From the human T2T-CHM13v2.0 reference genome, Homo sapiens: 64,000 nucleotides of DNA. Under the pieces are notes generated by a model. That model did not search any database, was not told the DNA's origin, and saw only the letters and a program-made list of their open reading frames with translations. How positions within the stretch are numbered: the stretch's first letter is position 1; each line of letters begins with the position of its first letter. Of this stretch, positions 17,018-30,790 are shown piece by piece. Both the position numbers and the translations under genes were made by a program. Where the stretch lies: assembly GCF_009914755.1 (NCBI RefSeq), contig NC_060928.1, one strand, 5' to 3'.

Positions 17018-17297
17018 TTGCAGAGATGTTAAAACATGTCTTTTTTAGAAAACACAGTTTTGCTAAGCAGAAATAAATACTTCCATTTTATAAAGCTTTG
17101 TGAATAGTGAATTCTTGAGCAGAAAACCACTGCCCACTGCCCAATTCATTAAAATTCTCTTCAAGCTTAGCACTATGGGTTATGTATGAAGTTTATATTC
17201 ATGGATTGTTCTTGTAACCCTTCTGAGAGCCAAGGATTAGTGTTACTGTTCCCTAGGTTCTAAATGCAGTGGCTAAGGGTACTTAACTTAATTTTTG

Positions 17298-17597
17298 TTG
17301 TTGTCGTTGTTGTTGGAGACAGAGTCTTGCTCTGTCGCCCAGGCTGCAGTGCAGGGGCGCAATTTCAGCTCCCTGCAAGCTCCGCCTCCCGGGTTCACTC
17401 CGTTTTCCTGTCTCAACCTCCCGAGTAACTGGGACTACAGGTGCCCACCATCACGCCCGGCTAATTTATTGTATTTTTAGTAGAGACGGGGTTTCACCGT
17501 GTTAGCCAGGATGGTCTCGATCTCCTGACTTCGTGATCCGCCCACCTTGGCCTCCCAAAGTGCTGGGATTACAGGCGTGGAGCCACCGCGCCTGGCC
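17298..17597 (-). mobile_element. AluY with (GTT)n tail
   Basis: AluY diagnostics (ctgcaagctccgcc, gttagccaggatggtctcgatctcc); 16-bp TSD cttaacttaatttttg at 17282-17297 and 17599-17614. Confidence 0.93.
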
Positions 17598-17926
17598 TCT
17601 TAACTTAATTTTTGAAACAAGAATTGTCATTCATTAAGGATATACAGATATGCCAGCCTAATCATAGATAAGCATCTATATTAGAAAAAGTATAAAAATT
17701 ATATTTCCAAAATAGTTTGCTCTGCCATATGAATCATCTGTTTTAAATTTATTATGAAAATAATAAAATATTATTTTAAAAGCTTGGAGCATGGTGTAAA
17801 ATATCAAAATTTTAATTCAAGCTTATTGCCCAAATATTTTTAAAAAGCTTTTCTTAAAATTTTTCCTCCTAGGTTTTTTTTTTTAAAGGATTGTGTTCTT
17901 AGATTCTCAAGTAATTTAAGAACATT

Positions 17927-17929
<3 letters not shown>

Positions 17930-17963
<34 letters not shown>
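17930..17963. repeat. (GT)17 microsatellite
   Basis: Read directly from the sequence. Confidence 0.92.
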
Positions 17964-17966
<3 letters not shown>

Positions 17967-18182
17967 GTTTTCTTTAACTGAGCTGCTGTTGGAATTTTTG
18001 GCAAAATATATCTTAACTGTGTCTAGATAGCTTCCCTTAGAGATTTGTATCACTTTCTTTTTGACTTTTAAAATGAATTGTAGTTATTAATTTTAAAATT
18101 ATTTTACATTACAAATATGTATACTATTGGTAAATAGAGATTCTGATATTCCAGCAAGTGCTCTAAATATATGAAATTCCTT

Positions 18183-18472
18183 CCAGGCACAGTGGCTCAC
18201 ACCTGTAATCCCAGCACTTTGGGATGCCAAAGTGGTCAGATCACCTGAGGTCAGGAATTCAAGACCAGCCTGGCCAACATGGTGAAACCCCATCTCTACT
18301 AAAAATAGAAAAAATTAGCTGGGCTTGGTGGCGGGCACCTGTAATGGCAGCTACCTGGGAGGCTGAGGTGGAAGAATCGCTTGAACCCAGGAGGTAGAGG
18401 TTGCACTCTAGCTTGGGTGACAGAGTAAGACTCCCTCTCAAAACAAAAACAAAAAACAAACAAACAAACAAA
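18183..18472 (+). mobile_element. AluSx-like element with a right-arm deletion and (CAAA)n tail, followed by (TA)n at 18473-18510
   Basis: Dimer; gaggttgca joins directly to ctctagc, a deletion between two tgca repeats. Confidence 0.88.
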
Positions 18473-18556
18473 TATAGATATATATATAGATATATATATA
18501 TATATATATAAAATTCCTGTGTATATTATTTAAATAGGAAATACATAGCCTTAAGC

Positions 18557-18859
18557 TTTTTTTTTTTTTTTTTTTTTTTTTTGGGGAGACAGGGTATTGC
18601 TCTGTCACCCAGTGCAGTGGTATGATCATAACTCACTGCAGCCTCTACCTGCTGGGCTCAAGCTATCCTTCTTCAGCCTCCTGAGCAGCTGGGACTACAG
18701 GCACCCATCATTAAACCTGGCTAATTTAAAAACATCTTCAGTAGAGGTGGGGCCTCACCATGTTCCCCAGGCAAGTCAGGAACTCCCAGACTCAAGTGAT
18801 CATTCTCCCTGGGCCTCCCAAAGTGGTGGGATTACAGGTGTGAGCCAATGTGCCTATCT
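18557..18859 (-). mobile_element. AluJ with T26 tail
   Basis: Antisense dimer with TSD gcctt(a/t)agctttt. Confidence 0.88.
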
Positions 18860-18985
18860 GCCTTTAGCTTTTTAATAGTAATCTAAAAATTAGTTTGGAT
18901 TTAAATAATTTTTCCTATTTTTAAAAGGAAGAGAAATGTGATAAATAATAATTGTACACTTAATGTTTTAAACTGTTTCTTGTAG

Positions 18986-19051
18986 ATGCACAGTTGGATA
19001 AGATGGGGTTCACAATTATCAGAAAATGCATCAGTGCCGTTGAAACACGAG
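18986..19051 (+). CDS. ARHGAP10: ARHGAP10 coding exon (probably exon 13), start of RhoGAP domain, 66 nt
   Basis: ttcttgtag|AT GCA CAG ... ACA CGA G|gtaata; (N)AQLDKMGFTIIRKCISAVETR(G); phase 1 to 1. Confidence 0.95.
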
Positions 19052-19284
19052 GTAATATGATTGAATCATTTCATTCATGAGAGGCTATAGGTATGTAAAA
19101 TCTAAAAGTCATTAAAAATACTTCTTGCTTTTAAGTGTTACAGAATGAAACGTGTTAACACAAATGCTCATTCTGAGTATCAGAAGGATCAGTTATTCAT
19201 TTACTATGACAATGAGGGATTTTCCTTTTTATTTACATATTTCTTTCCTATATGAAAACATGAGGTCAGTGTTGAAATGAGAAT

Positions 19285-19664
19285 TGTCTTAGTCTGTTAG
19301 ATCTGCCATAGCAAGATACCACAGATTGGGTGGCTTAAAGAATAGAAATTTATTTTCTCGTGGTTCTGGAGGCTGGAAGTTCAAAATCAAGGTGTCAAAT
19401 TCAAGGTTTCTTCTGAGGCCTCCCCACTTGGCTTGCAGGTGGCCCCCTTCCCGCTTTGTCCTTAGAATGCCTTTTTTCCTTTGCACCCATGTCCCTGGTG
19501 TCTCTTTTACATGTCGAAGTTTCTTCTTATAAGGGCCTATTAGATTAGGGCCCACCCTAAAGGCCTCTTTAAAGCTCCCATCTCTAAATACAGTCACATT
19601 CTGAGAAACTGGTGTTTAGGGCTTCTACATAAGAATTTTAGGGGGATACAGTTCAGCCCATAAG
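19285..19664 (-). mobile_element. MLT1-family LTR (ERVL-MaLR)
   Basis: tgtcttagtctg...ggttctggaggctggaagttcaaaatcaaggtg...gggggatacagttcagcccata. Confidence 0.82.
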
Positions 19665-19782
19665 AATCCTTAGAAGAATCAGCAGTGATGTACAACTCAT
19701 CGTAATCACTTTTGGTTGAAGCACTCTGAAGATACTCTCCACCCTCCATTGTTGTGTGGGTCCCTGTTTAAAAAAATCAGCT

Positions 19783-20080
<298 letters not shown>

Positions 20081-20262
20081 TTATTGAGGTATAATTTGCA
20101 GTCAGTACAATTCACTGATTTCAGCTGTACAAATGGAAGAGTTTTGAATTGAAAACATACACAATTGTGATACTTTATTACATACACAGAAAATTTCTGT
20201 TTCCCTCACTGAGTTCTTTTCTGGCACCTACCTTCCTCCTTTCCTGTATTTGCTGCGTTGCA

Positions 20263-20435
<173 letters not shown>

Positions 20436-21733
20436 TGAGCTATTTTTTAATTACGCATGTTCTGCGCTCCCCCCCCCCTTTTTTTTTTTTAACATCTTCA
20501 GCATTTTTTGTACAAATGGAATCATGCAGTTCATAGTCTTTTGACTCTGGCTTTGTCTGTGTAATGCTTTTGAGATTCATCGGTTGGGTGGATACTTAGC
20601 TCTGTAAATTTCTGTTTATTGCCTGGTAGTATTCCATTATATGGATATAGACCACAATTTGTTTATCCATTCACCTATTGATAAATATTTGGGTTGTTTG
20701 TGTTTCTGTTTTAAATTTAGGGAAAACTAATTCCTCCGCTGACCAATAACCCAAAACATTTTTTTTTAAGTCTCTAAGCAAAAATTGGGCCCTTTTGCTA
20801 TGCAGCCATTCCAGCAGACTTTGGAGATACTAAATATTAAACATTGCAAAACAGGCTATTTCTGGAGGTTGACATTCTCTTTGTTTAGCGATCTAGTGAA
20901 GTATGTATAAATGGAATATTTAATTCACTCTCATATATTCTGTATTCCAGTCCGACTTTGGATGCCTTAGTGGGGTGAAGTACTGCCTTCACATTCTCTC
21001 TCCAAACAAGGTCTTTGTTATAAAGACAGGACTGCCACCTATGAAACTAGTGTGTAGGATATCGGCGGAGTAGGAGCTGTTGTATGATTTGGGGATTTGC
21101 CCATCAATAACAACAACGTATGCCACAGAAAGCCATTCTTCCCACATTCTCTTACAGTGGCAATTCACACTGGCAGGTTTTCATTCATTTCAATCTGCAC
21201 TGAAGCTGAGCTGGCAATTTGTTTCTTATCCTGGTACCTCGAAAGAATTTCAGAAAAAATCCCTGCAATTTTAGTATCTTTCACTTGACACTCATGTTTC
21301 TTTTTTTCTGAGTTTCTTAAGTAGAACTTTGTGTCATTTGCATGCTTATTAATTTGGATAAATTCTTTCCCAAAAGGGCATGTTTTATACATACTTATTT
21401 CTGCCTGAATAGATGCAGATCTATCTAGAAGGCTTTCTGATTGGTATGTGTAGTTTTATGGAGTGTTACATACATTGAATGGCATAAATATATATTGGAA
21501 TCTGGAGGCATTGAATATGTTTTTATAAGTATATAGATGTTGAATAGGTCTACACATTTTATGTTAGCTTTTCTCATTTAAAAATAAGAGACAAAAAGCA
21601 TATATTTTTCTTTTTGAATATTTTTCCCCCCAAAGGTCTTCCATTACTGAAACTTTTGCTTTCAGTGGAGTAATAGACTAAAAATAAGAGTTTAAAAGAA
21701 TCAACAGAACTTATTATTGAAAATGATGAGGAC

Positions 21734-21968
21734 AGCTGGGGGCACTGGCTCACACCTATAATCCCAGCACTTTGGGAGGTTGAGGTGGGAGGATTGCTTG
21801 AGCCCAAGAGTTCAAGACCAGTCTGGGCAACATAGCATGACCCTGTCTGTATAAAAATTTTTTTAAAAAAATTAGCTGAGTGTTATAGTGTTTGCTTGTA
21901 GTGACAGCTACTCAGGAGGCTGAGGCGGGAGGATCACTGGATCCCAGGGGTCGAGGCTACAGTGAGCT
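21734..21968 (+). mobile_element. AluJ lacking its 3' end and tail
   Basis: Dimer stops at gaggctacagtgagct. Confidence 0.85.
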
Positions 21969-22800
21969 TGGAAAACAGGTAAAGAGATGGAAATAGTTGG
22001 TAAATAGCATTAATAACTATTGTACACTTCTTGAGTCTATGTGACTGATGACCAGAAGCATTTAATGAGATCTAATTGAAGAATTACTTCTAATCACCGT
22101 TTCCATGTTCTAAATATGATTATCTAAAAACTAGTATTTCATATGGTTCGGTTAAAGCCATTAGCCTTTTTCTTACCTTTTCATTTCATGTCTTTCTGTT
22201 TTTGATCTGACTGCTTAGAACATATTTATTGGAACATAAACATAAACTCAAAAGACTACTGTGACAATACTTACTATTTTATGGCATTTTTCTTAAGCTA
22301 TCTATTCAGTATGTGTATGACTTATGAAATGTTCCATATTTTCCTCTTGTAACTTTGTCCCATGGGTTGCACCAACCGGAAAAAGTTTTTAGCTTTGAGC
22401 ACGAAGTAATTTTTCTCTAATTGTTTTTGTGGCCAAAAGTTTATTTGCCTTGGCTCAGAATAAACTGGAGAACTGGCAGTGCCCAGATTATTCACAGGAC
22501 AAATACTCAGGAAGCCTGAACATCATTAATTGCATTCACAGGAGCAATTTCTGTGGCTCTGTAGCAGAAACTTCAGTGAATGGTAAAGATACGGGGTCCA
22601 TCGCTGATGTTATAAAAGGAAGTGATTCCAAAAGTCCACATCCAGGAAAATTTCTACATGGTATAGCTGCGGGGGCATATCTAGAGGGTAAAGGCACAGT
22701 GTACTGCCTGAGAGGAGCTCTTTTCGCAAACCTAGAGCCTGGAAGCCAAGTTCTGAAGACAGTGGAATTGCCCCTTGTTAGTATAATTAACAGATTGTTA

Positions 22801-22908
<108 letters not shown>

Positions 22909-24046
22909 TCAGCGTATTCTCTGTGATTCTTTTAGAAATGTCTCCAACAAACATAACTCTGGTCATCAAAAATTAGAAATTGATTGTTCCTGTGTCACCA
23001 TCAAAGATCGCATGCACTTGGAACATCAGCATCCTTTGATTCAGGTGTAGGATAGCTCTCAGCTGGGGCTCTACTTCCTTTATTTGGAAACTGTCTTCCC
23101 CAGCTGGTAATTGGGCCTGATGGCATTCTTCAGAGTGACCACAGAGCAGAAGAGCCACAATGAACCTCCCCCATCAGGTTCCTTGAAAATTGAGCTAATG
23201 TATTGAAGGCAGCAGACAGAGCCACAATTTAGGGACATGGGTTTTTCAAGATACGATAAACAGACAACACATGTACATCTCTAAATTGTTCTGTCATAGC
23301 CACTTGTCTCCTCCACTAGGGTCGCCTGTGTCCTCCAGCTGCTTCCACTGACAGCTCGATTGTGAAGTGAGCTCCACTTACAAGAGGCTTGTATATAGAG
23401 GGTCCCTTCCCACTGTGTTCACATTCTACTAATCCTCCTTAATTCAATCAGATTTTGATTTAATTCTGCCATAAGTTAGTTTTTTTCTGAAGCCATAGAC
23501 AGATTAGCATAAACAAAGGAGATCATTTTAACTTAAGAGTTTCAGAAAGTAGTATGGACAAAATATTATCTTATTCTAGATTAGGTTGTATATTTTATAG
23601 ATGTTGATAGAAGAATAGGATTATGACTAAAACTTTTGAAATGAAATATTTGACTTTGAAATTAATTTTTATGAATGGAGCTAATTTCATGTAGTTTTTG
23701 ATCATGAAAATAAAATCTCATTTTGATTAATTTATCACATTTACTCAGAGGTCTTAAAGTCGCATTTATTAAACCAGTCCTTTATTCAAAATGATGAATA
23801 AGATGATGAAGATACCCACTTAGAAGTTTATTGTAAAAAAATCATAAAACTGTTCACCTGCAATCAGGCAGCCTTAGGAGAGCCTGTATTTTGTTTGGTT
23901 TTGTTTGGTTACGGTATCAAAACCAAGATATTTTTATAATCTTACTGCTTCTACAACATATGTATATATAAAATGAGATACATTTATTTAAATACACTGG
24001 ATTTTGGAGGCTGAATAAGAAAAATAATTTAAACTCTCATTAAGAT

Positions 24047-24346
24047 TTTTTTTTTTTTTTTTTTTGAGACAGAGTCTTGCTCTGTGGCCTAGGCTGGAGT
24101 GCAGTGGCTTGATCTCGGCTCACTGCAAGCTCTGTCTCCTGGGTTCACACCATTCTCCTGCCTCAGCCTCCTGAGTAGCTGGGACTACAGGTGCCCGCCA
24201 CCAAGCCTGGCTAATTTTTTGTATTTTTAGTAGAGACAGGGTTTCACCGTGTTAGCCAGGATGGTCTTGATCTCCTGACCTCGTGATCCACCTGCCTCGG
24301 CCTCCCAAAGTGCTGTGATTACAGGTGTGAGCCACTGCACCCAGCC
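24047..24346 (-). mobile_element. AluY-like element
   Basis: AluY diagnostics; TSD ctcattaagat at 24036-24046 and 24347-24357. Confidence 0.9.
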
Positions 24347-25423
24347 CTCATTAAGATCTTTGAATAATGTTTTTATGATCAGTGTAAACCCATATCGAAA
24401 AATGATAACACATTTTGCCAATTGAAATCATTTTGACTTGGTTCCTTTTACTTTATTTAGTATGACTACTGGAAAATGTATAATTGCATAGGTGGGTCAC
24501 ATTGTCTTTCTGTTGGCCATCCCTGGTCTGGACTTAGGGGCCCTTCATCTCCCTAGCTGTCCAGCCTACCTGGGGCACAGACCTATCACGGCAGCTGTGA
24601 GGTTGAGTAAGCCAGTTGGGGAAATTTAATTCACTATCACTGGGAGTAGCCCAAGCTATGATTGAGTGAGAAAAGAAAGAATATGTCATGTCTCTCACAT
24701 GGGTACTGAGAATCTAGTTCTGTCTGTAGCTCCTAGAGCAGAGGACCAAGCATCTCTGAGGACACACGTTGTGCCTGGCATTGAGCTGGCCTCACACAAC
24801 ACTTGCTCTATTAACTATTCAATTATTGGGACCTTACTCTCTCATACTTACCTTTTGTAGAAAACTAAGAATTAGAAATTACATAAGATTGGACTCATTT
24901 TTCCTCTTCTACTAAATTCTCTTCTGGCCTCCAATTGCTTCCGAAGGTGGCTCAGTTCTCCTTACCTCTTTCTTAACATGTTCTTTTGAAAATGACATTT
25001 GACGTTTTTATTAAAAACTTTATTTGTGATATTATTGCAGTATTTGCAAGGCTTCAGACAAATGTCTAAACTGTACTATCGTTCTCAGTACTCTTAAGAT
25101 GACATTTTTAGTGTATAACATATCTTAAATAACAAATAATAAATATATGACCTATGGATATTAATATATTTTGGTAGGACTGGCAGTTACTTATAAATTA
25201 TTCTAGTTTTGAGATAAGAAAAAACTCCATTTTGCTACAGTATCAGCATAAATTAACAAACCATACTTTTCCATAGAGTAGTTTGCTCATGATGTTTTGG
25301 CATGTGTGGGAGTCACATCAACTCGTCTTTCATCCGTTTACCAAATATTTGCTAATAATACATACCGGCTCTACCACTAGGAAGTGACTGCTTTTTTACA
25401 CTGAGCTAAAAGACTTCCTAAAG

Positions 25424-25922
25424 CAGTTGTTCCCAAACTTTGCTGCACATTGAAATTACCTGGGATCTTTTAAAAACAATTTTTTTTCTTTTTTTTTTGT
25501 GGAGATGCAGTCCCTCTCTGTTGCCCAGACTAGAGTGCAGTGGCATGATCTTGGCTCAGTGCAGCCTCCGTCTCCGCCTCCCGGGTTCAAGTGATTCTTC
25601 TACCTCAGCCTCCTGAGTAGCTGGGATTACAGGCGTGTGCCACAATACCCAGCTAATTTTTTTGTATTTTTAGTAGAGGTGGTGTTTCACCATGTTGGCG
25701 AGGCTGGTCTTGAACTCCTGACCTTAAGTATCTACCCTCCTCTGCCTCTCAAAGTGCTGGGATTACAGGCATGAGCCACTGTACCTGGCCTTAAAAATGT
25801 TGATGCCAGGCTCTCATACCCTGTCAGCCTGACTTAATTGCTATTGGATGTGGACTGGGAAGTAGGATTCTTTAAATTTCCGCAGATGATTCTAATATGT
25901 AGCAAAGTTTGGGAGACCACTG
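25424..25922. mobile_element. MER5-family hAT-Charlie DNA transposon, split by an Alu
   Basis: TIRs cagttgttcccaaactttgct / agcaaagtttgggagaccactg; 8-bp TSD tcctaaag / tcctaatg. Confidence 0.85.
25480..25790 (-). mobile_element. AluSx nested in MER5
   Basis: Antisense dimer with ttaaaaa on both sides. Confidence 0.9.
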
Positions 25923-26045
25923 TCCTAATGGGAGAGTTGCTTGTGTGCTGGAGAAGTGGGATACACCATTGTTATCTTCATGTTGATAGTGTCCTGCTTC
26001 ATGGGGAGCTTTTCTCTGAACGTCTTTTAAAAAACAACATAACCT

Positions 26046-26338
26046 CGCTGGGCACAGTGGCTCATGCCTGTAATCCCAGCACTTTGGGAGGTCGAGGTGG
26101 GTGGATCACCTGAGGTCAGGAGTTTGAGACCAGCCTGGCCAAGATAGTGAAACCCTGGCTCTACCAAAAATACAAAAATTAGCTGGGCATGGTGGCGGGT
26201 GCCTGTAATCCCAGCTGCTTGGGAGGCTGAGGCAGGAGAATGGTGTGAACCCGGGAGGTGGAGCTTGCAATGAGCGGATTGCGCCACTGCACTCCAGCCT
26301 GGGGACAAGAGTGAGACTCTGGAAACAAAAACAAAAAA
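26046..26338 (+). mobile_element. AluSx-like element
   Basis: Full dimer with A/C tail. Confidence 0.9.
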
Positions 26339-28319
26339 CCCAAAATCCCTGCAACCTAAATCCAAACAAATCATCAAAGTCCCAAAGAAAATAGCAGAAC
26401 GTTCTTTTTGTTCCCTCAATAGCAGAAGACTTATCGTAGCTAAACCCTAGTTCTAATCAGAAGCCAGTCAGTTAACCAGTATTTATTAGCATCACAGGAC
26501 ATGCATAGTCATGCTCTAGGCCTCTGGGATACGTGTTCAACGTTGGTTACATAACAATCCTTGATTTATTAGTGGCTGACAAAACAAAAGATTTGTAAGT
26601 AATTGAAGTGTACCAGATGATCAAAATGTTGCAAATTTGCACCGATTAAGAGAATATGAGTGCATGTTGAAGGATTGGGAAGCATGTGATGTTAATTGAG
26701 GACTGTCTTTAGGAGTAGGCTTCCTCAGATTTAAAGGATGGGAAAGTATATTTTGGCGTTTAGAGGAAACTCAGCAAAGATACAGAGAAAGGGTGACTGA
26801 GAAAAGACAAACTTGGTTGTGAAGGAAACATGGAGAAACAGTAAAAGCAGGCAATCAGGCTTATGCATTTGATTGTAAAGGAACTGGGTGAATACTAGAA
26901 GGTGATACGTAGCAAAGAAACAGGCATTCAAAAAGTAAATATGAAAACTAATATTGGTAGTCATGCATGGGATGCCCCAGGGTTCTGCTTAGGATGCAGT
27001 ATTTATAAGCGAGGTAACTGATTCTGGATAATAGGTTTGGCAGTGGGGTAGATAGTGCAGATACAGCCGAATGATTTTGCTGAAGTTGTACCAGTCACAT
27101 TTAGCAGTTGGTTGTATATAGAGGATAGGAATTCTGCAAGGAATTTTACCTTGAAGTGTTAGTTTGGGTAATGAAGGATGTCAAGGAAATTGAGAGGTCC
27201 ATGATCTCATAACGTATATCAGGAGCACTAGGGGTGCTTCTTGGAAATTCAGATAACTGGTCTCAGTCTACATCTGTTGAATCAGAATTGTTGACGATTG
27301 GGTCTCTCTGCTTTAGACGATGAGAGATCCAATAGGAATAGTCAGGTGGAGAGAAGAATTTTCTGATCTTCTGCCTTTCGGGGACAGAAGATGCCACAGG
27401 GGCTTTCCTGAGAGAGTAGGGTTTATGAAGGCTCTGGGTCATGGTGCCATATAGCATTTGGGATAATGACAGAGAGCATGTGGATGTAAGGCAGAACTTC
27501 TATCCTAAAATGTGAGGTTGAGGGAAGAAATAACAAAATGGCTAAATGTAGTCATGTTTCATTGTGTCAGAAGCCAAAAGCAGTTACAATTTCAAATGTG
27601 TTTTAGGTGAATCCCAGACAGACTCAGAAGTGTTCATGGCAGCTCCTGTTCACTCATCCCACCGTTTTACCTCCAGTCCCTCCCACCTGCCGTCTCTGTG
27701 TGACATCTGGCTTCTGGTGCCCCTGTAGTCGTTTATTCCTATGTGGGAAAACATTCCCCTTATTCTCAAGTAGCTTTACACCACCTTTCCTCCACTGTCT
27801 TGGTCTTGCTGAAAACCAACATTACTAACATTACTGTGCAGCCACCATGATTTGTAGCTCTCTCATGATGGAGTCATCTGCTCTGCCCACATCTCTGGAA
27901 AAAGATAATGGGCTTGGCCTTCTCCCCTGCCCCTCCTGCACCTCCTGCACCTCCGACATCTCTCACTCTTGAGCTGAGTTCTGCAGGGCAAGAGGAATTG
28001 TCCAGGTTTGCAAGGATGTGGGGTGTCAGAAGGAAGGAATTTTGGCAGAGGGGTGAACGAGGGTCAAAGGGTAGATGATGGAAACAGTGTGATACATTTG
28101 GGACCCGAGGGCCATCAGGCAAGTTAGGAGGAGTGGTAGGAATGGAGAGTGAAGGGAGGGAGGGAGGCAGGCACTCAGATTACTCTGCTGAAGGGTTGCC
28201 TTGCCTTTGAGTGATAAGGACCTATCAGGGTTAAGTTCCAAAGTGGTGCAATAAGATAAGCATTTGGAAGGATTCTTAACCTCTCAGACCCTTAGTTCCT
28301 TTAAAAAAAAAAAAAAGTT

Positions 28320-28625
<306 letters not shown>

Positions 28626-30579
28626 TCATACTACCTCCCACCCAGCTTTGTGAGGATTAAAGAGTGAGTCTTTGCACATAGTAGATATTCATTAAATGCC
28701 TATCTTCATTTCCTTCTTCATCCTTCTCCTGATTTGTTTTAATCTTGAAATGTGCATGTGCCTCATTTGGCAGTTATATTGCCTGGTATTTTAAGTTATA
28801 TTTCCTATGTTTACTTTGTTTCTGGAACTTTACTGTTTACTCAGAGAAAATGTCTTATTTATCCTTTGCTTGCCTCTTCTCATTTCTAAATACAGGCATG
28901 CCTTGCACACATAGTAAGCACTCAGTAAGCATTTGCTTTTTGCTTCAGTATTCAGATTTGACTAAAATTCCATATTGGTAATATTGTGTGTCTCAACAAT
29001 TTCTAAAGTTATTGGAAGAATTTATATGTGGTTGGAATTGGTACTTTCACATAACATGTAGGATTGTTTTTCATTCCTTTATGAATTTATGTCAGCATCT
29101 TTCTGAACTGTGGGTAATATATTAGACGTAGAAAAGTACATCATGTTATGTGTGAAAGAGTCTTATAGTTTCAGAGATTGGAGTGTAATTACATCATTTC
29201 TTTGAGTAAGTACAAATGAGCCGCCCCCCATGAGCAGTGCATTGTCTCTTTCTGGGCCTGCATGACACCTAGGTGCATGTACTGTATGATATGCAAAAAC
29301 AAAGTAACACTCTTTTGCTTAAAAACATCTTTTAGTTGCTATTTTTAAAATAGTCATTACCATTTAAAACTAAATTTGGATGCCACTTTTGTTTATGAAG
29401 TTTCTCTTAAAAAATCTTCCATATGTGGATAATTTGAATATTCACTTTAATTTTCTAGAGTATGGCATTAAAATGTCGATCTAGGCAAGCTGTCAGTTAT
29501 CAAATTCAGCATTGTAACAAGCTGTGAATTCATGGGATAGAAGTAGGAAGCCACATACAAGATTTGACAATCTTTCATTTGTTGCATGTAAAAGCAAATT
29601 TATCTTCCTTTGCAAAGCAAAGTTTTAGATTTTTGGAAAACCTTACCGCTTGAAGATTGCTTTGCCTCCAGAGCACTTTAGAATTGTATGGGGTTCTCAA
29701 GATGGGCTCTGGTAGAAGATTACAATGTATAATTTCAGTATTAATCTTCAGGGGTATGGAAAGGAAGATGTCCAGAGTGAACCTGAAACATATTTTACCA
29801 ATTGCGCATTAATTTTAAATTGCCAAGGGCAATGAAGAAAATAAAGAACAGCTGTCCTCAGAAAATTTACAGCAAGTAAACTAGAGTTTCTCTCTGTCTC
29901 TGTTTTAATCAAAATGGGTGTGAGGTGAGCGTGGGTGGAAATAGAGGACTGTCTTCTGTGGGAGGGAGTTGAAGAGTCTTGTGGTGTCTGCAGAAATGCA
30001 AATGCAAAATTGAAATAATAAATCCAGGCACATCAGGACTGAATATTCATTTTCACAATTAGTAATCTTATTTGTTTTAAGGAAACTCTGAGAAACTATT
30101 TGTTTCCAAATGAATGGTCACATTAAATTAATAGGGGCACATCCTTCCTCTGAGACGGCGAACCCCGAGTCCTTGCCTTTACCCCTCGTCCATGTGGTTT
30201 AGGGTTTGGTTTAGGACTGTTACTACTTTCCTGTTGTCCAGTGACTGTTTTTTTTCAGCCCATGAATTAAACCTTCTTTTCTCTTTGTTACCTATGGTTT
30301 TATACGTTTTCCTCCTCTTTAACGCATCCACAGAATAGAAATGAAGAAAATTAATAGGACTTTATTCTATCCTTACAATAAATCATCTTGCTTCTGGGTG
30401 TATTTGGGGTTGGAGGTTGGGTAGTTGTCAGAAAATGACAATGGTATATTTTCAAGTAGTGCTGAAGGTGTTTTTAGAACAGAAGAAACTTGGTGGAACT
30501 GTCTTGCTACAGAGTAGGCATGCTAGGCTTTGTTTTTGCATTACATTCTGATGAGGTCTGTGACATTTTATGGTACACT

Positions 30580-30790
30580 GTTAGCATAGTGGTGAAGAAC
30601 ATTAGCCCAAAAGACTATCTTGATTGTAATCTCAGTTTTACTCCTTATTAACTCTGCCTGTAACCTCTCTGTGTCTTTATCATCTGTGAAAAGGGATAAG
30701 GATCAGATCTCCTTCATGGGGTTGTTGTGAGAACTAAAAGAGAATGCTTAGGACATTGGCACCTGTTGAATAGCCAGTAAGTGTGAGTTG
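30580..30790 (+). mobile_element. MIR
   Basis: aacctctctgtgtctttatcatctgtgaaaagggataa...gggttgttgtgagaactaaa. Confidence 0.75.
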
